A stretch of 64,000 nucleotides of DNA from Cenarchaeum sp. GTDB lineage: Archaea > Thermoproteota > Nitrososphaeria > Nitrososphaerales > Nitrosopumilaceae. The stretch spans positions 1,408,001 through 1,472,000 of the forward strand of contig OZ242221.1 in NCBI GenBank assembly GCA_965206845.1, written 5' to 3'. How positions within the stretch are numbered: position 1 is the first letter of the stretch; the number at the start of each line of letters is the position of its first letter. Position numbers and translations under genes: made by a program. Positions 39,414-50,147 of the stretch are shown here, piece by piece. A model generated the notes under the pieces. It saw nothing but the letters and a program-made list of their open reading frames with translations. It had not been told where the DNA came from and made no database searches.

Positions 39414-41905
39414 ATGGGCCTCAAAGTTACGCTTTTGTCGGTGATTACAATTTTGGCTGGAGCAGTCTCCATCGACGTAGTGTATGCCGACGCTGCTGAC
39501 TATCCATCCCCATTCCAGCAGCAGCAGGACGGAATTTCACTTGACAACATACAGTGCAACGTACCAAGGGAGCTGTACATAAGGGACTCCCAGGTTCCTG
39601 TTTGTATCTCTGCATCCACGTATGATATTCTCTTGGGGTATGGCGTGGATCTGGCTCCCTCTGGGTCACTTGCCAGCACCATAAACTCGATTACTGACAC
39701 CGGAGATCTTAAGGTTCAACGTGTAGTTGAGGCGACCGTCAGCATGTATGACTCCGACAAGGAGAACGCGTTTGCCAGCATCAACTCCCTATCTGAGATC
39801 ATCGTTCCACACTACCCGTTTGTGCTAGATCCTGACACACGTAACGTTGTGGCGCATGGGGCGTTTCTGGACAGGATTGGCACCCAATCGGTGGTTTTTA
39901 GCGATGCAGACAAGCCGTACGACGTGATTATCGACGAGCTGCAAAACAGCGACGGCACCTGGGTGGAGTACGTGTTTCTGGATCCCGTGACCGAGACGGA
40001 GCTGGTCAAGCGGTCCTGGCTCACCCTGCACGACGGGTACGTCTTTGGCTCTGGATATTATTATCCGATCGAGGAGAAGATATATCGCGTGGTCAGCGAG
40101 GCCATCGCGCTGTACGAGCCGGGCAGCGAGAGTCCGTTTGCCGCCATCGACGCGATGGCCGAGAGCGTCGTCCCGCACTACCCGTTTGTGCTAGATCCTG
40201 ACACACGTAACGTTGTGGCGCATGGGGCGTTTCTGGACAGGATTGGCACCCAATCGGTGGTTTTTAGCGATGCAGACAAGCCGTACGACGTGATTATCGA
40301 CGAGCTGCAAAACAGCGACGGCACCTGGGCGGAGTACGTGTTTCTGGATCCCGTGACCGAGACGGAGCTGGTCAAGCGGTCCTGGTTCACCCTGCACGAC
40401 GGTTACGTCTTTGGCTCTGGATATTATTATCCGATCGAGGAGAAGATATATCGCGTGGTCAGCGAGGCCATCGCGCTGTACGAGCCGGGCAGCGAGAGTC
40501 CGTTTGCCGCCATCGACGCGATGGCCGAGAGCGTCGTCCCGCACTACCCGTTTGTGCTAGACCTTGACGGGAACATTGTGGCGCATGGCGCGTTCCCAGA
40601 CGTAATTGGCACATCTGCGGCTTCCGTACTGGAAACTGCAGACAAGCAGTACGACGTGATTATCGACGAGCTGCAAAACAGCGACGGCACCTGGGCGGAG
40701 TACGTGTTTCTGGATCCCGTGACCGAGACGGAGCTGGTCAAGCGGTCCTGGTTCACCCTGCACGACGGTTACGTCTTTGGCTCTGGATATTATTATCCGA
40801 TCGAGGAGAAGATATATCGCGTGGTCAGCGAGGCCATCGCGCTGTACGAGCCGGGCAGCGAGAGTCCGTTTGCCGCCATCGACGCGATGGCCGAGAGCGT
40901 CGTCCCGCACTACCCGTTTGTGCTAGACCTTGACGGGAACATTGTGGCGCATGGCGCGTTCCCAGACGTAATTGGCACATCTGCGGCTTCCGTACTGGAA
41001 ACTGCAGACAAGCAGTACGACGTGATTATCGACGAGCTGCAAAACAGCGACGGCACCTGGGCGGAGTACGTGTTTCTGGATCCCGTGACCGAGACGGAGC
41101 TGGTCAAGCGGTCCTGGTTCACCCTGCACGACGGTTACGTCTTTGGCTCTGGATATTATTATCCGATCGAGGAGAAGATATATCGCGTGGTCAGCGAGGC
41201 CATCGCGCTGTACGAGCCGGGCAGCGAGAGTCCGTTTGCCGCCATCGACGCGATGGCCGAGAGCGTCGTCTTTCGCACTACCCGTTTGTGCTAGACCTTG
41301 ACGGGAACATTGTGGCGCATGGCGCGTTCCCAGACGTAATTGGCACATCTGCGGCTTCCGTACTGGAAACTGCAGACAAGCAGTACGACGTGATTATCGA
41401 CGAGCTGCAAAACAGCGACGGCACCTGGGCGGAGTACGTGTTTCTGGATCCCGTGACCGAGACGGAGCTGGTCAAGCGGTCCTGGTTCACCCTGCACGAC
41501 GGTTACGTCTTTGGCTCTGGATATTATTATCCGATCGAGGAGAAGATATATCGCGTGGTCAGCGAGGCCATCGCGCTGTACGAGCCGGGCAGCGAGAGTC
41601 CGTTTGCCGCCATCGACGCGATGGCCGAGAGCGTCGTCCCGCACTACCCGTTTGTGCTAGATCCTGACACACGTAACGTTGTGGCGCACGGGGCGTTTCC
41701 GGACAGGATTGGCGGCCAGTCGGTGGTTCTGAACGATGCGGACAAGCCGTACGACGTGATTATCGACGAGCTGCAAAACAGCGACGGCACCTGGGTGGAG
41801 TACGTGTTTCTGGATCCCGTGACCGAGACGGAGCTGGTCAAGCGGTCCTGGCTCACCCTGCACGACGGGTACGTCTTTGGCTCCGGATACTATTTGACCG
41901 AGTAG
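39414..41905 (+). CDS. Secreted protein with six tandem single-Cache domains; +2 frameshift at about 41271
   Basis: Signal peptide; repeated YPFVLD..VAHGAF..IG..GTW.EY.F.DP..KRSW..YVFGSGYY; ORFs 39171-41294 and 41288-41905 join across the indel. Confidence 0.85.
39808..41893 (+). repeat. 366-bp tandem repeat, six units (last partial)
   Basis: CACTACCCGTTTGTGCTAGA recurs at about 39808, 40176, 40542, 40908, 41276 and 41642. Confidence 0.95.
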
Positions 41906-42024
41906 TATATTTTTGGGCACCACGCCCCGTCGCAGATTCAAACATGCCTGCAAACCAAGTATGGGTCAGGGATCACGTATAGGATCTGGAACCAAATCAC
42001 GTTAATTCAAGAGAATCAGTTTTC

Positions 42025-42114
42025 TAGTTTGTTGCATAACTCCGAATCTCAGGCACGAAATGCCTGTTCTTCAGCAACCGTCTAGGCACGTTTGAGAAGG
42101 TTGTGCAACTAACT
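42025..42114. mobile_element. 90-bp MITE related to the adjacent IS5
   Basis: Ends TAGTTTGTTGCATAAC and GTTGTGCAACTAACT resemble the IS5 TIR; flanked by CAGTTTTC at 42017 and 42115. Confidence 0.85.
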
Positions 42115-42122
42115 CAGTTTTC

Positions 42123-43548
42123 TAGTTAGTTTCACAACATTGTCTTCTACCAAGGCATCACCGCCTCAAGCAGGCTATCCCGCATGCCAGACTCCCAGAG
42201 GCCAACAGAATTCAAGCTGATGGTTGATTGTTTTAATCCGAAAAGTACTAGGATCAGATCAACGGTGTCACATCCATGGACAAAACCGGGACAGGCCCGA
42301 CCAAACAGAAATCGCGACTGAAGATAACCCACGCCCAGAACGACGCCAGGTACGTGGAGATGGGAAAGCTGCTGCATCTGACGAAGGATCCCAGCTCGGA
42401 CAGGGAGCTTGAGGGCATGAACATGAACAAGAACGGGCGCCCCTACAGTTACCCCGACACCGTCATAATGTCTATCGCGGGAATACGGGCCATTCACGGC
42501 CCCCTGCCGTACCGCATGTGCCAGGGAATGGCCGAATCGGCCCTAGGCGAGGAGGATGCCCCTGACCATGTCACCCTGTGGCGGAGAATAAATGCCATGG
42601 AGATACGGCAGGAAGACAACATAACCACGGTCAGGAACGGCAACGACGTTCTCTGCCTGATACCGGACGCCACCGGGCTGGCACCGGCCACGCGAAGCGA
42701 CTGGATACACCACAAGCACAGGAAGGCGCGCGGGTTCATCAAGCTGAGCGTCATGATAAACCAAGAGACCCGGGAGATCCTGGCGTTCCGCGTAACGGAC
42801 GAGCGGAAGGGCGACTCGTCCCAGTTCAAGGATCTGGTGGACGGTTCGCTGGAGGCGCTCGGCCTGGATTCGGAGAGCCTCAGGGCGGGGGTCCTGGCGA
42901 AGGGGGCAGCCAATGCACAAGGTACCGATGCCGCGGCGGCCGGGAGTCGCGCCGAAAGATCCGCAGCGGGAGGCACGAGGGCCACAGACACCGCGGGATC
43001 CGCAGAACGGTACGGCATGCTGCCTTTCTGCCCTGCAATGCATGCCGGAGGGCAGTCTGTGATAGAGCTGCGGGCAGATGCCGGATACGATACGAGGCAG
43101 ATATTTGAATACTGCAAGAATCTGGGAATAGTGCCGCTCATCAGGATAAAGAAGAACGCCAACAGCAGAGCCGGCGGGGTGGGCAGGACGCGCGGCCTGG
43201 CCGCCCAAGATCAGCTGTGCGGTAGCGATCCCGGCCCGAAAAGACTCGCCGCGCTGGACGAGTGCGAGCGCGTCCAGAACCAGAAGGACTGGAAGAGGCG
43301 GGTCGGCTACGGCCGGCGGTGGCTGGTGGAGATCGTGTTCTCGTCGCTCAAGCGGATGTTCGGCGGTTCCGTGAACGCGGTAAAGATGGAAAACATCGTC
43401 CAGGAGATCGCAATAAGGATCAACATGTACAACAGGCTGTTGGCGGTGGCACGGGAGGCGATCGCAGGAGCATGAACGTAGAGTTGTCGCAAGCGCCCGC
43501 GCTTGGATCAAGGAGGTGCCATTAAGACCTAGGTTGTGAAACTAACTA
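42123..43548 (+). mobile_element. Complete IS5-family element (transposase 42276-43475)
   Basis: Perfect 16-bp TIR TAGTTAGTTTCACAAC; 8-bp duplication CAGTTTTC (42115-42122, 43549-43556); PDATGL, ADAGYD and RWLVEIVFSSLKR motifs. Confidence 0.95.
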
Positions 43549-43588
43549 CAGTTTTCATAAAATTTAAATCAGTATCTAAAACCACTCG

Positions 43589-44758
43589 TTGAGGGTTAAC
43601 ATAACTACAAAAAAGTCTAGGCATTCTGGAAAGTTTGGAAAGCTTGTCCTTGATGACGGCACGGTCATGGATGGGATGGGCTTTGGTGGTTCGGCCACCG
43701 TGTTTGGTGAGATCGTGTTCAATACAGGAATGGTGGGGTACACCGAGACCCTCACGGATCCCTCCTACAACGGCCAGATTCTCATGCTTACGTACCCCCT
43801 TATAGGAAACTACGGAGTTCCGGATCCTGCAGCAAAGGACGGCAACGGTGTATCAAAGTACTTCGAGTCCTCCAGGATACAGGCCAGGGGGCTTGTGGTG
43901 CACGAGCTGTCAGATACGGCAAGCCACTGGAACTTGGAGATGACTCTGGACGAGTGGCTCTACCGCGAGCACGTTCCCGGGATCTCAGGCATCGACACTA
44001 GGGAGCTTACAAAGAAGCTGCGCACCGACGGAGTCCGGATGGCGGCACTGGCGGTATCTGACGAGGCGATAGATACAGCAGATCTGCAAAGACGGCTGGA
44101 CTCAGCTCCAGGCTACGACTCGGAGCAGTTCATGGATGCGGTATCTGTCAAGTCACCAGAGGTGTACGGCACCCGGCCCGAGTCGGTGGTGGTCATCGAC
44201 ACCGGGGCAAAAAATGCAATAATGAGGAACATCATCGACATCGGCTATAAGGTGATCAGGGTGCCATGGAATGCAACTGTGGAGGAGGTGATGTCGTACC
44301 GGCCCCGTGGAGTGGTGATAAGCAACGGTCCGGGCGATCCGCAAAAGTGTCCCGATACGGTGCGGACGGCGAGGGCCCTGATCGAGAGGAACGTGCCCAC
44401 GCTGGGAATCTGCTTAGGCGCGCAGATAATGGGCATTGCGGGCAACGCCCACACCTACAAGCTCAAGTACGGCCACAGGGGGCAGAACAAGCCGTGCATA
44501 AACCTGGACAACGGCCAGGTGTACGTGACCAGCCAGAACCACGGATACGGGATACTTCCCGAGTCGCTTGAGGACTCGGAGTTTGACTTATGGTTTACAA
44601 ACGCAGACGACAAGACGATTGAGGGAATAAGGCACAAAAACAGGAACTGCATCGCCGTGCAGTTCCATCCCGAGGCATCACCCGGACCCTACGACTGCAA
44701 GTACGTCTTTGAAGAGCTCAGGCACCTTATGGGGGAGGAAAAGGCTGCCAAGGAGTGA
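43589..44758 (+). CDS. carA: Carbamoyl-phosphate synthase small subunit
   Basis: GEIVFNTGMVGY, SNGPGDP, GICLG and QFHPEASPGP motifs. Confidence 0.97.
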   Translation: MRVNITTKKSRHSGKFGKLVLDDGTVMDGMGFGGSATVFGEIVFNTGMVGYTETLTDPSYNGQILMLTYPLIGNYGVPDPAAKDGNGVSKYFESSRIQARGLVVHELSDTASHWNLEMTLDEWLYREHVPGISGIDTRELTKKLRTDGVRMAALAVSDEAIDTADLQRRLDSAPGYDSEQFMDAVSVKSPEVYGTRPESVVVIDTGAKNAIMRNIIDIGYKVIRVPWNATVEEVMSYRPRGVVISNGPGDPQKCPDTVRTARALIERNVPTLGICLGAQIMGIAGNAHTYKLKYGHRGQNKPCINLDNGQVYVTSQNHGYGILPESLEDSEFDLWFTNADDKTIEGIRHKNRNCIAVQFHPEASPGPYDCKYVFEELRHLMGEEKAAKE

Positions 44759-47700
44759 ATCGCTAAAGAAGATTCTTGTTCTGGGCAGCGGGGCAATAAA
44801 GATCGGAGAAGCCGGCGAAAGCCGCCAAAAACGGCCGCCAGTTTGACTACTCCGGTAGCCAATGCCTCAAAGCCATCCGGGAGGACGGACTGAAGAGCGT
44901 TCTGATAAATCCGAATATTGCCACCATACAGACGGACACCAGGTTTGCAGACCGGGTGTACCTCCTTCCGGTGACGCCCGAGTACGTCGGATCCGTGATA
45001 GAGAAGGAGCGCCCAGACGGAATCATGCTGGCATACGGCGGACAGACCGCCCTGAACTGCGGCGTCAAGCTGCACGAGGAGGGTACCCTTGACAGATACG
45101 GGGTGGCAGTGCTTGGAACGCAGGTTCCCGGGATTCAGCGTACTGAGGATCGGCAGCTCTTCAAGGATTCCATGGTGCAGTGCGGCGTGCCGGTGCTCAA
45201 AAGCAAGACGGTCACAAGCTTTGTCCAGGCAGCTGCAGCTGCCCGGGATCTGGGATATCCCGTAATAGTCCGCGTGGCCTACACCCTTGGTGGCAAGGGT
45301 GGCGGCGTGGCATACAACGAGATCGAGCTGCACGAGATAGTCGAGCGCGGACTCAAGGCAAGCATGGTGGGACAGGTTCTTATCGAGGAGTATGTCGGCG
45401 ACTGGAAGCAGATCGAGTACGAGGTCATCCAAGACTACGCAAGCAACGGCGCCATCATCTGCAACATGGAGAACGTGCTGGCCATGCGGGTTCACACCGG
45501 GGACAACATTGTCGTGGCGCCATCCCAGACCATAGACAACCACGAGTACCATATGCTGCGCTCAGCGTCGCTGCGGGCCACAAAGCATGTGGGAATTGCG
45601 GGCGAGTGCAACATCCAGTTTGCGCTGGATCCAGACTCGGACGAGTACGCAGCAATAGAGCTCAACCCGCGGCTGTCCCGCTCATCGGCCTTGGCAAGCA
45701 AGGCGACCGGATACCCGCTGGCTTACATGTCTGCAAAGATAGGGATCGGCTATACCCTGCCGGAACTGGTAAACAGCATCACCCAATCCACCACCGCATG
45801 CTTTGAGCCGTCACTTGATTACGTCGTGTGCAAGCACCCCCGGTGGGACTTTGCAAAGTTTGAGCTGGCAAAGAGAAATCTGGGGCCCACCATGAAGTCA
45901 GTGGGGGAGGTGATGGCGGTGGGCCGTACCTTTGAGGAATCCCTGCAAAAGTCGATACGCATGCTGGATATGGGATACGACGGCCTTGTACTCAACCGCT
46001 CCGGCGAGGCGGCATACGACGAGGAGGATCTGGAGGAGAAGCTGTCACATCCCGACGACCGCATACTGTTCCACGTGGTGTCGGCGCTAAAGAAGGGCTT
46101 TGACACGCAGCGAATCTGCCGGCTGTCGGCCATCGACGCGTGGTTCGTAGAGAAGATAAGAAACATCGTCGGGATCGAGTCTGGCCTGGCGCGGCCGCTA
46201 AACGGTCCCGGACTGCTGGTGGCCAAGAAGGCAGGCTTCGCTGATAGCCAGATCGCCAGGGCCACGGACAAGACGCCAAAGGAGATCCGTGACATGCGCA
46301 AGGAGTGCGGCATAACACCCAGCATCAAGCAGATAGATACACTGGCGGCCGAGTGGCCTGCCAAAACCAACTACCTGTATGCCACCTACGGCGGGGACGG
46401 CCACGATCTGCAGATACCAAAGGGGGAGCGGGGCGTGGTGGTCATAGGCGCCGGCCCCTACCGCATAGGAAGCAGTGTGGAGTTTGACTGGGGAACGGTG
46501 AACATGGTCTGGGGCCTGCAGGAGAACGGCATAAAGAACATCGCGGTGGTAAACTGCAACCCAGAGACGGTATCCACGGATTATGACATATGCAGCAGGC
46601 TGTACTTTGAGGAGCTTACCTACGAGCGGATCATGGACATTGCCGAGTTTGAGAACCCACAGGGAGTGGTCACCTGCGTCGGCGGGCAGACCGCCAACAA
46701 CCTGACCCCGGCGCTCGCCAGAAGCGGCATCAGAATACTGGGAACTGCAGCAGCAGACGTGGATCGGGCCGAGAACCGCTCCAGATTCAGCGCCGAGCTT
46801 GACCGCCTGCACATACAGCAGCCGCGGTGGCAGGCATTTACCAGCCTGGCAGACGCGAGGCAGTTTGCCCAGGATGTGGGCTTTCCTGTTATCGTGCGGC
46901 CGTCGTACGTGTTGTCGGGGGCCGCCATGAAGGTGGTCTGGTCCCGGGATCAGCTGAAGAAGTACATCAGGGATGCCACCGAACTCTCCCCTGACCATCC
47001 GGTGGTCATCTCCAAGTTCATGCTCAACTCCCTGGAGGTGGATGTCGACGGGGTCAGCAACGGCACCGATGTGGTAATCGGCGCCATAGTGGAGCACATC
47101 GAGAGCGCCGGAGTGCACTCGGGCGACGCGATGATGTGCATACCGCCTTGGCGCATCAGCAACAAGAACATCCAGACCATAACAGACCACGCCACAAGGA
47201 TCGCCAGAACGTTCAACGTTTGCGGCCCATTCAACCTGCAGTTCCTGATACACGACGACCACGTGTATGTCATTGAGTTGAACATCCGGGCCTCTCGCTC
47301 GATGCCCTTTGTCTCAAAGATGGTCAAGGTCAACCTGATATCCCTGGCGTCCCGGGCCATACTGGGCAAGCCGCTGCCGCAGGTGTCCGCAGACAGGTGG
47401 CACCAGATCCGCAACTTTGGAATCAAGGTGCCGCAGTTCTCGTTCATGCAGCTGGAGGGCGCCGACATATCACTGGGGGTCGAGATGCAGTCCACCGGCG
47501 AGGCCGCGTGTTTTGGCACCAGCTTTTACGACGCACTCTCTAAGGGACTGACATCCGTGGGATACAGCCTGCCGCGGGGGGGAACCGCCCTAGTCACGGT
47601 GGGCGGGATCCAAAACAAGGAGAAGCTGCTCCAGACCGTATCCCGGCTCAAGGATCTGGGCTTTAACATATTGGCAACAGAGCACACGGCAGAGTTCTTT

Positions 47701-48003
47701 GAGGAGAAGATGGGCAGGATCCAGGTGGCCTACAAGATATCCGAGCCGGATAGAAAGCCCAACATTGCGGATCTGTTGTACCAGCAGAAGATCGACTTTA
47801 TCATAAACATTCCCAGTACGTCAACCCTAGAGAAGTACCTGGGCATGCTTGATGACGAGTACCAGATAAGGAGAAAGGCGCTGGAGCTGGGAATCCCGGT
47901 GCTGACGACCATCGAGCTGGCCGACTCGTTTGTGAAGACGCTCGAGTGGCTGAAGCACAACAAGACCACACGGGAGCCGCTGGATCCATACGATCCGTTC
48001 TAG
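44745..48003 (+). CDS. carB: Carbamoyl-phosphate synthase large subunit in two exons (44745-44819, 44842-48003; 1078 aa if joined)
   Basis: Exon 1 (L/M)PRSESLKKILVLGSGAIKIGEAGE with putative CTG start after GGAGG; exon 2 FDYSGSQCLKA..NPNIATIQTD runs in frame into the 44956 ORF. Confidence 0.95.
44820..44841 (+). other. Candidate 22-nt bulge-helix-bulge/loop intron in carB mRNA
   Basis: AGCCGCCAAAAACGGCCGCCAG lies between codons GAA and TTT; central helix GGCG/CGCC, AAA bulge, inner stem GCCG/CGGC. Confidence 0.85.
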
Positions 48004-48752
48004 AGCACCTGGCCCAGAGCCGACTCGTTGCCTATGATGGTGCCGTTTAGCGTGACTATCTTTGCCGATGACGTGTCCCTTACCCGCTGGATTATGGGCG
48101 AGATGGATCTTCGGCGGCTGTTCCTATGTGTGGCAAAGAGGTACCGGTTGAAGGACGGAACCACGGTGATCTCGATGTCGCCGGGCCTGTCTGGAAATAT
48201 CCTCTCCTTTGCGGCCCTGAGATACACCCAGACGTACTGCCCATTGACCACGGAGCTCCGGGAGAAGAAGGTCGGATGTATGTGGCCCATGACGATCCGG
48301 TTCACGTAGGAGAGGCTGCTCGGCGGCACGGCATGGCCGTGGGTCAGCAGCGTATCCTCCAGGATCAGCCCCGCGGGGGCGGTGAGTGTGACTTGGGACG
48401 GCACCAGCCTGTCGATGCCCGCGTCGTGATTTCCCGGCACCAGTATGACATCGGCTGCGCGGCACACCTCCTCAAGAAAGAGCGGAACGTCGCGCCACTC
48501 GCTGCTTGATATCGACCTTATTGTGGACTTGACGTCCCCCAGGAGTATGAGGTTGTCTATTGCGTGCTCCCTGATCAGCGACACCACACTGCTGGTGAGC
48601 TCGCCGGTGGAGGTGCTCTTGCCCAGAAAGACGCTGTTTGCTGCAAAACCGCCCTCAAAGCCGATGTGCAGATCTGCTATCACCATACTCCTGTCCCCAC
48701 CATCCAGGGTCAGCGCCGGCTGATCCGGAATCATGCCAAATTGTAGCATCAA
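48000..48752 (-). CDS. Metallophosphoesterase
   Basis: DLHIG, GD, GNHD, HGH and GHIHP motifs. Confidence 0.92.
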   Translation of the reverse strand: MMLQFGMIPDQPALTLDGGDRSMVIADLHIGFEGGFAANSVFLGKSTSTGELTSSVVSLIREHAIDNLILLGDVKSTIRSISSSEWRDVPLFLEEVCRAADVILVPGNHDAGIDRLVPSQVTLTAPAGLILEDTLLTHGHAVPPSSLSYVNRIVMGHIHPTFFSRSSVVNGQYVWVYLRAAKERIFPDRPGDIEITVVPSFNRYLFATHRNSRRRSISPIIQRVRDTSSAKIVTLNGTIIGNESALGQVL

Positions 48753-48783
48753 AGATATACCGCAGGGTGCGGATTAAACCCTT

Positions 48784-49149
48784 GTGAGCAAGGATGCCGC
48801 GGACTCGCCGTGGGGATCCCCTGGACGGGCCGCACCATCCCGTGTAGACAGGGCCCGCCGGGCCGCATCGGCCGGATGCGTAAAGCTGCACATATTCGTG
48901 CCCAGCGGGAGGGAGATCTGGACGGTGGTCGGAAGGGGGGCCGAACACTGGCAGAGTCCACACCTGGGCTTCTGCACGTGTTCCGGATTTTACTTTGACA
49001 GGGTGAATATCCAGAGGAGCTGCTACCACCTTGAGGCCATCAGGCTGGCCCTCGGGGATGATGCCGTGGAGACTATTCGGTTTGGCGACGACGAGTTTGG
49101 CGGCTTTGTCGCGGGGCTGATCCTGCTCCTGCAGCAGGCAGAGGAGTGA
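48784..49149 (+). CDS. SWIM zinc-finger protein
   Basis: FCTCSGF..CYHL (CxC..CxH). Confidence 0.8.
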   Translation: MSKDAADSPWGSPGRAAPSRVDRARRAASAGCVKLHIFVPSGREIWTVVGRGAEHWQSPHLGFCTCSGFYFDRVNIQRSCYHLEAIRLALGDDAVETIRFGDDEFGGFVAGLILLLQQAEE

Positions 49150-49301
49150 CTGTCTACGTGTGGCGCGAGATCGTTTAGTACTGTCTGTATGTGAGAGCCC
49201 GGATCGGCTGTGCAATTCAGTGTTCGGGCAAAGCGAGATCTGACCTCACACCGGGAGTCCAACCCAACTGTTATATTTTGGCACCTTGGACTAAAAGACA
49301 A

Positions 49302-49676
49302 TTGGCGTCACAAACCAAACTTAAACAAGCAGCAGAGGGCATCATCTCCGCAGATCTAAAGATGCGCTTTGTGGGAATCATCGCCTTGAACGGTGAGATC
49401 GTAGAGGGCATAATGAAGGCGGGAAAGACGTCCCTTGAGTCGCAGAAGGAGAGTGAGCACTTTTGCAAGCAGGTGGCAGAACGAAGGGAGATGAGGCAGG
49501 AGTTTGACGAGAGCCTGGGCAAGGTGCGCTACGTCCACGTGGAGAGGGAGAAGGTTACACAGCTGGTGGTCTACACCAAAAAGTACACCATATTCGTAAC
49601 CGTTGAGCCCGAGCTTAGCATCACAAGGAAGATAAAACTGATAAACACAATCAAGGACATATCGTCCGTACTCTAG
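49302..49676 (+). CDS. Roadblock-like thaumarchaeal protein (DUF6659-like)
   Basis: MRFVGIIALNGEIV and FDESLGKVRYVHVEREKV; TTG start after a TTATAT box. Confidence 0.75.
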   Translation: MASQTKLKQAAEGIISADLKMRFVGIIALNGEIVEGIMKAGKTSLESQKESEHFCKQVAERREMRQEFDESLGKVRYVHVEREKVTQLVVYTKKYTIFVTVEPELSITRKIKLINTIKDISSVL

Positions 49677-49829
49677 GCTGCTTGCGCATTCTGCACACTC
49701 CGGTTTCTGTAATTTTGGTACGGCGCCTGCGCAAAAATGATCCACTGGCATGCGCAGCAGCCTCGATGCGGCCCTGCGCAGGCCAAGTATCACCTCAAGC
49801 TGCCGCGCGCAGGCACTGCTAGCACCTGG

Positions 49830-50126
49830 CTACAGCGGGATCGTGAACAGATCGTCCTTTGATACCCCGCGCCACAGTCCGGTCATGCCTTCCGGCTCGA
49901 CGGGTTCCACCCGGGTTATCCTTTGGATCTTGATGTGGTCCGGATTTGGCGGCACCCACAGCATCGCCATGTAGTCGCCTTCACTGCCCACGCTGGCGGG
50001 ATCCGCCATTATGATCCTCTTCTTTTGGAATCCTCGGGAGACCAGTGCAGTGGTTGCCTTGCCGTTCAGATCCATTCTGCCGTGCAGAAACAGGTACACG
50101 CTCTTCTGAGAGTCGATCTCTGACAT
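49830..50126 (-). CDS. Conserved hypothetical protein
   Basis: 98-aa ORF with protein-like composition, directly downstream of the giant gene. Confidence 0.7.
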   Translation of the reverse strand: MSEIDSQKSVYLFLHGRMDLNGKATTALVSRGFQKKRIIMADPASVGSEGDYMAMLWVPPNPDHIKIQRITRVEPVEPEGMTGLWRGVSKDDLFTIPL

Positions 50127-50147
50127 GCACTGGGTTGGATGGGCTCC

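Noticed and set aside
39808-41893. Repeat array as CRISPR
   Set aside because: Units are 366-bp in-frame coding repeats with no unique spacers and no cas genes
44810-44850. carB break as a simple pseudogene lesion or programmed ribosomal frameshift at the A5 run
   Set aside because: A frameshift would leave about seven extra residues inside an invariant motif; the rest of carB is intact and BHB cut sites restore the motif exactly. An assembly artefact is not fully excluded.
44956-48003. ORF-track start of carB at 44956
   Set aside because: It omits about 63 conserved N-terminal residues that are clearly encoded upstream
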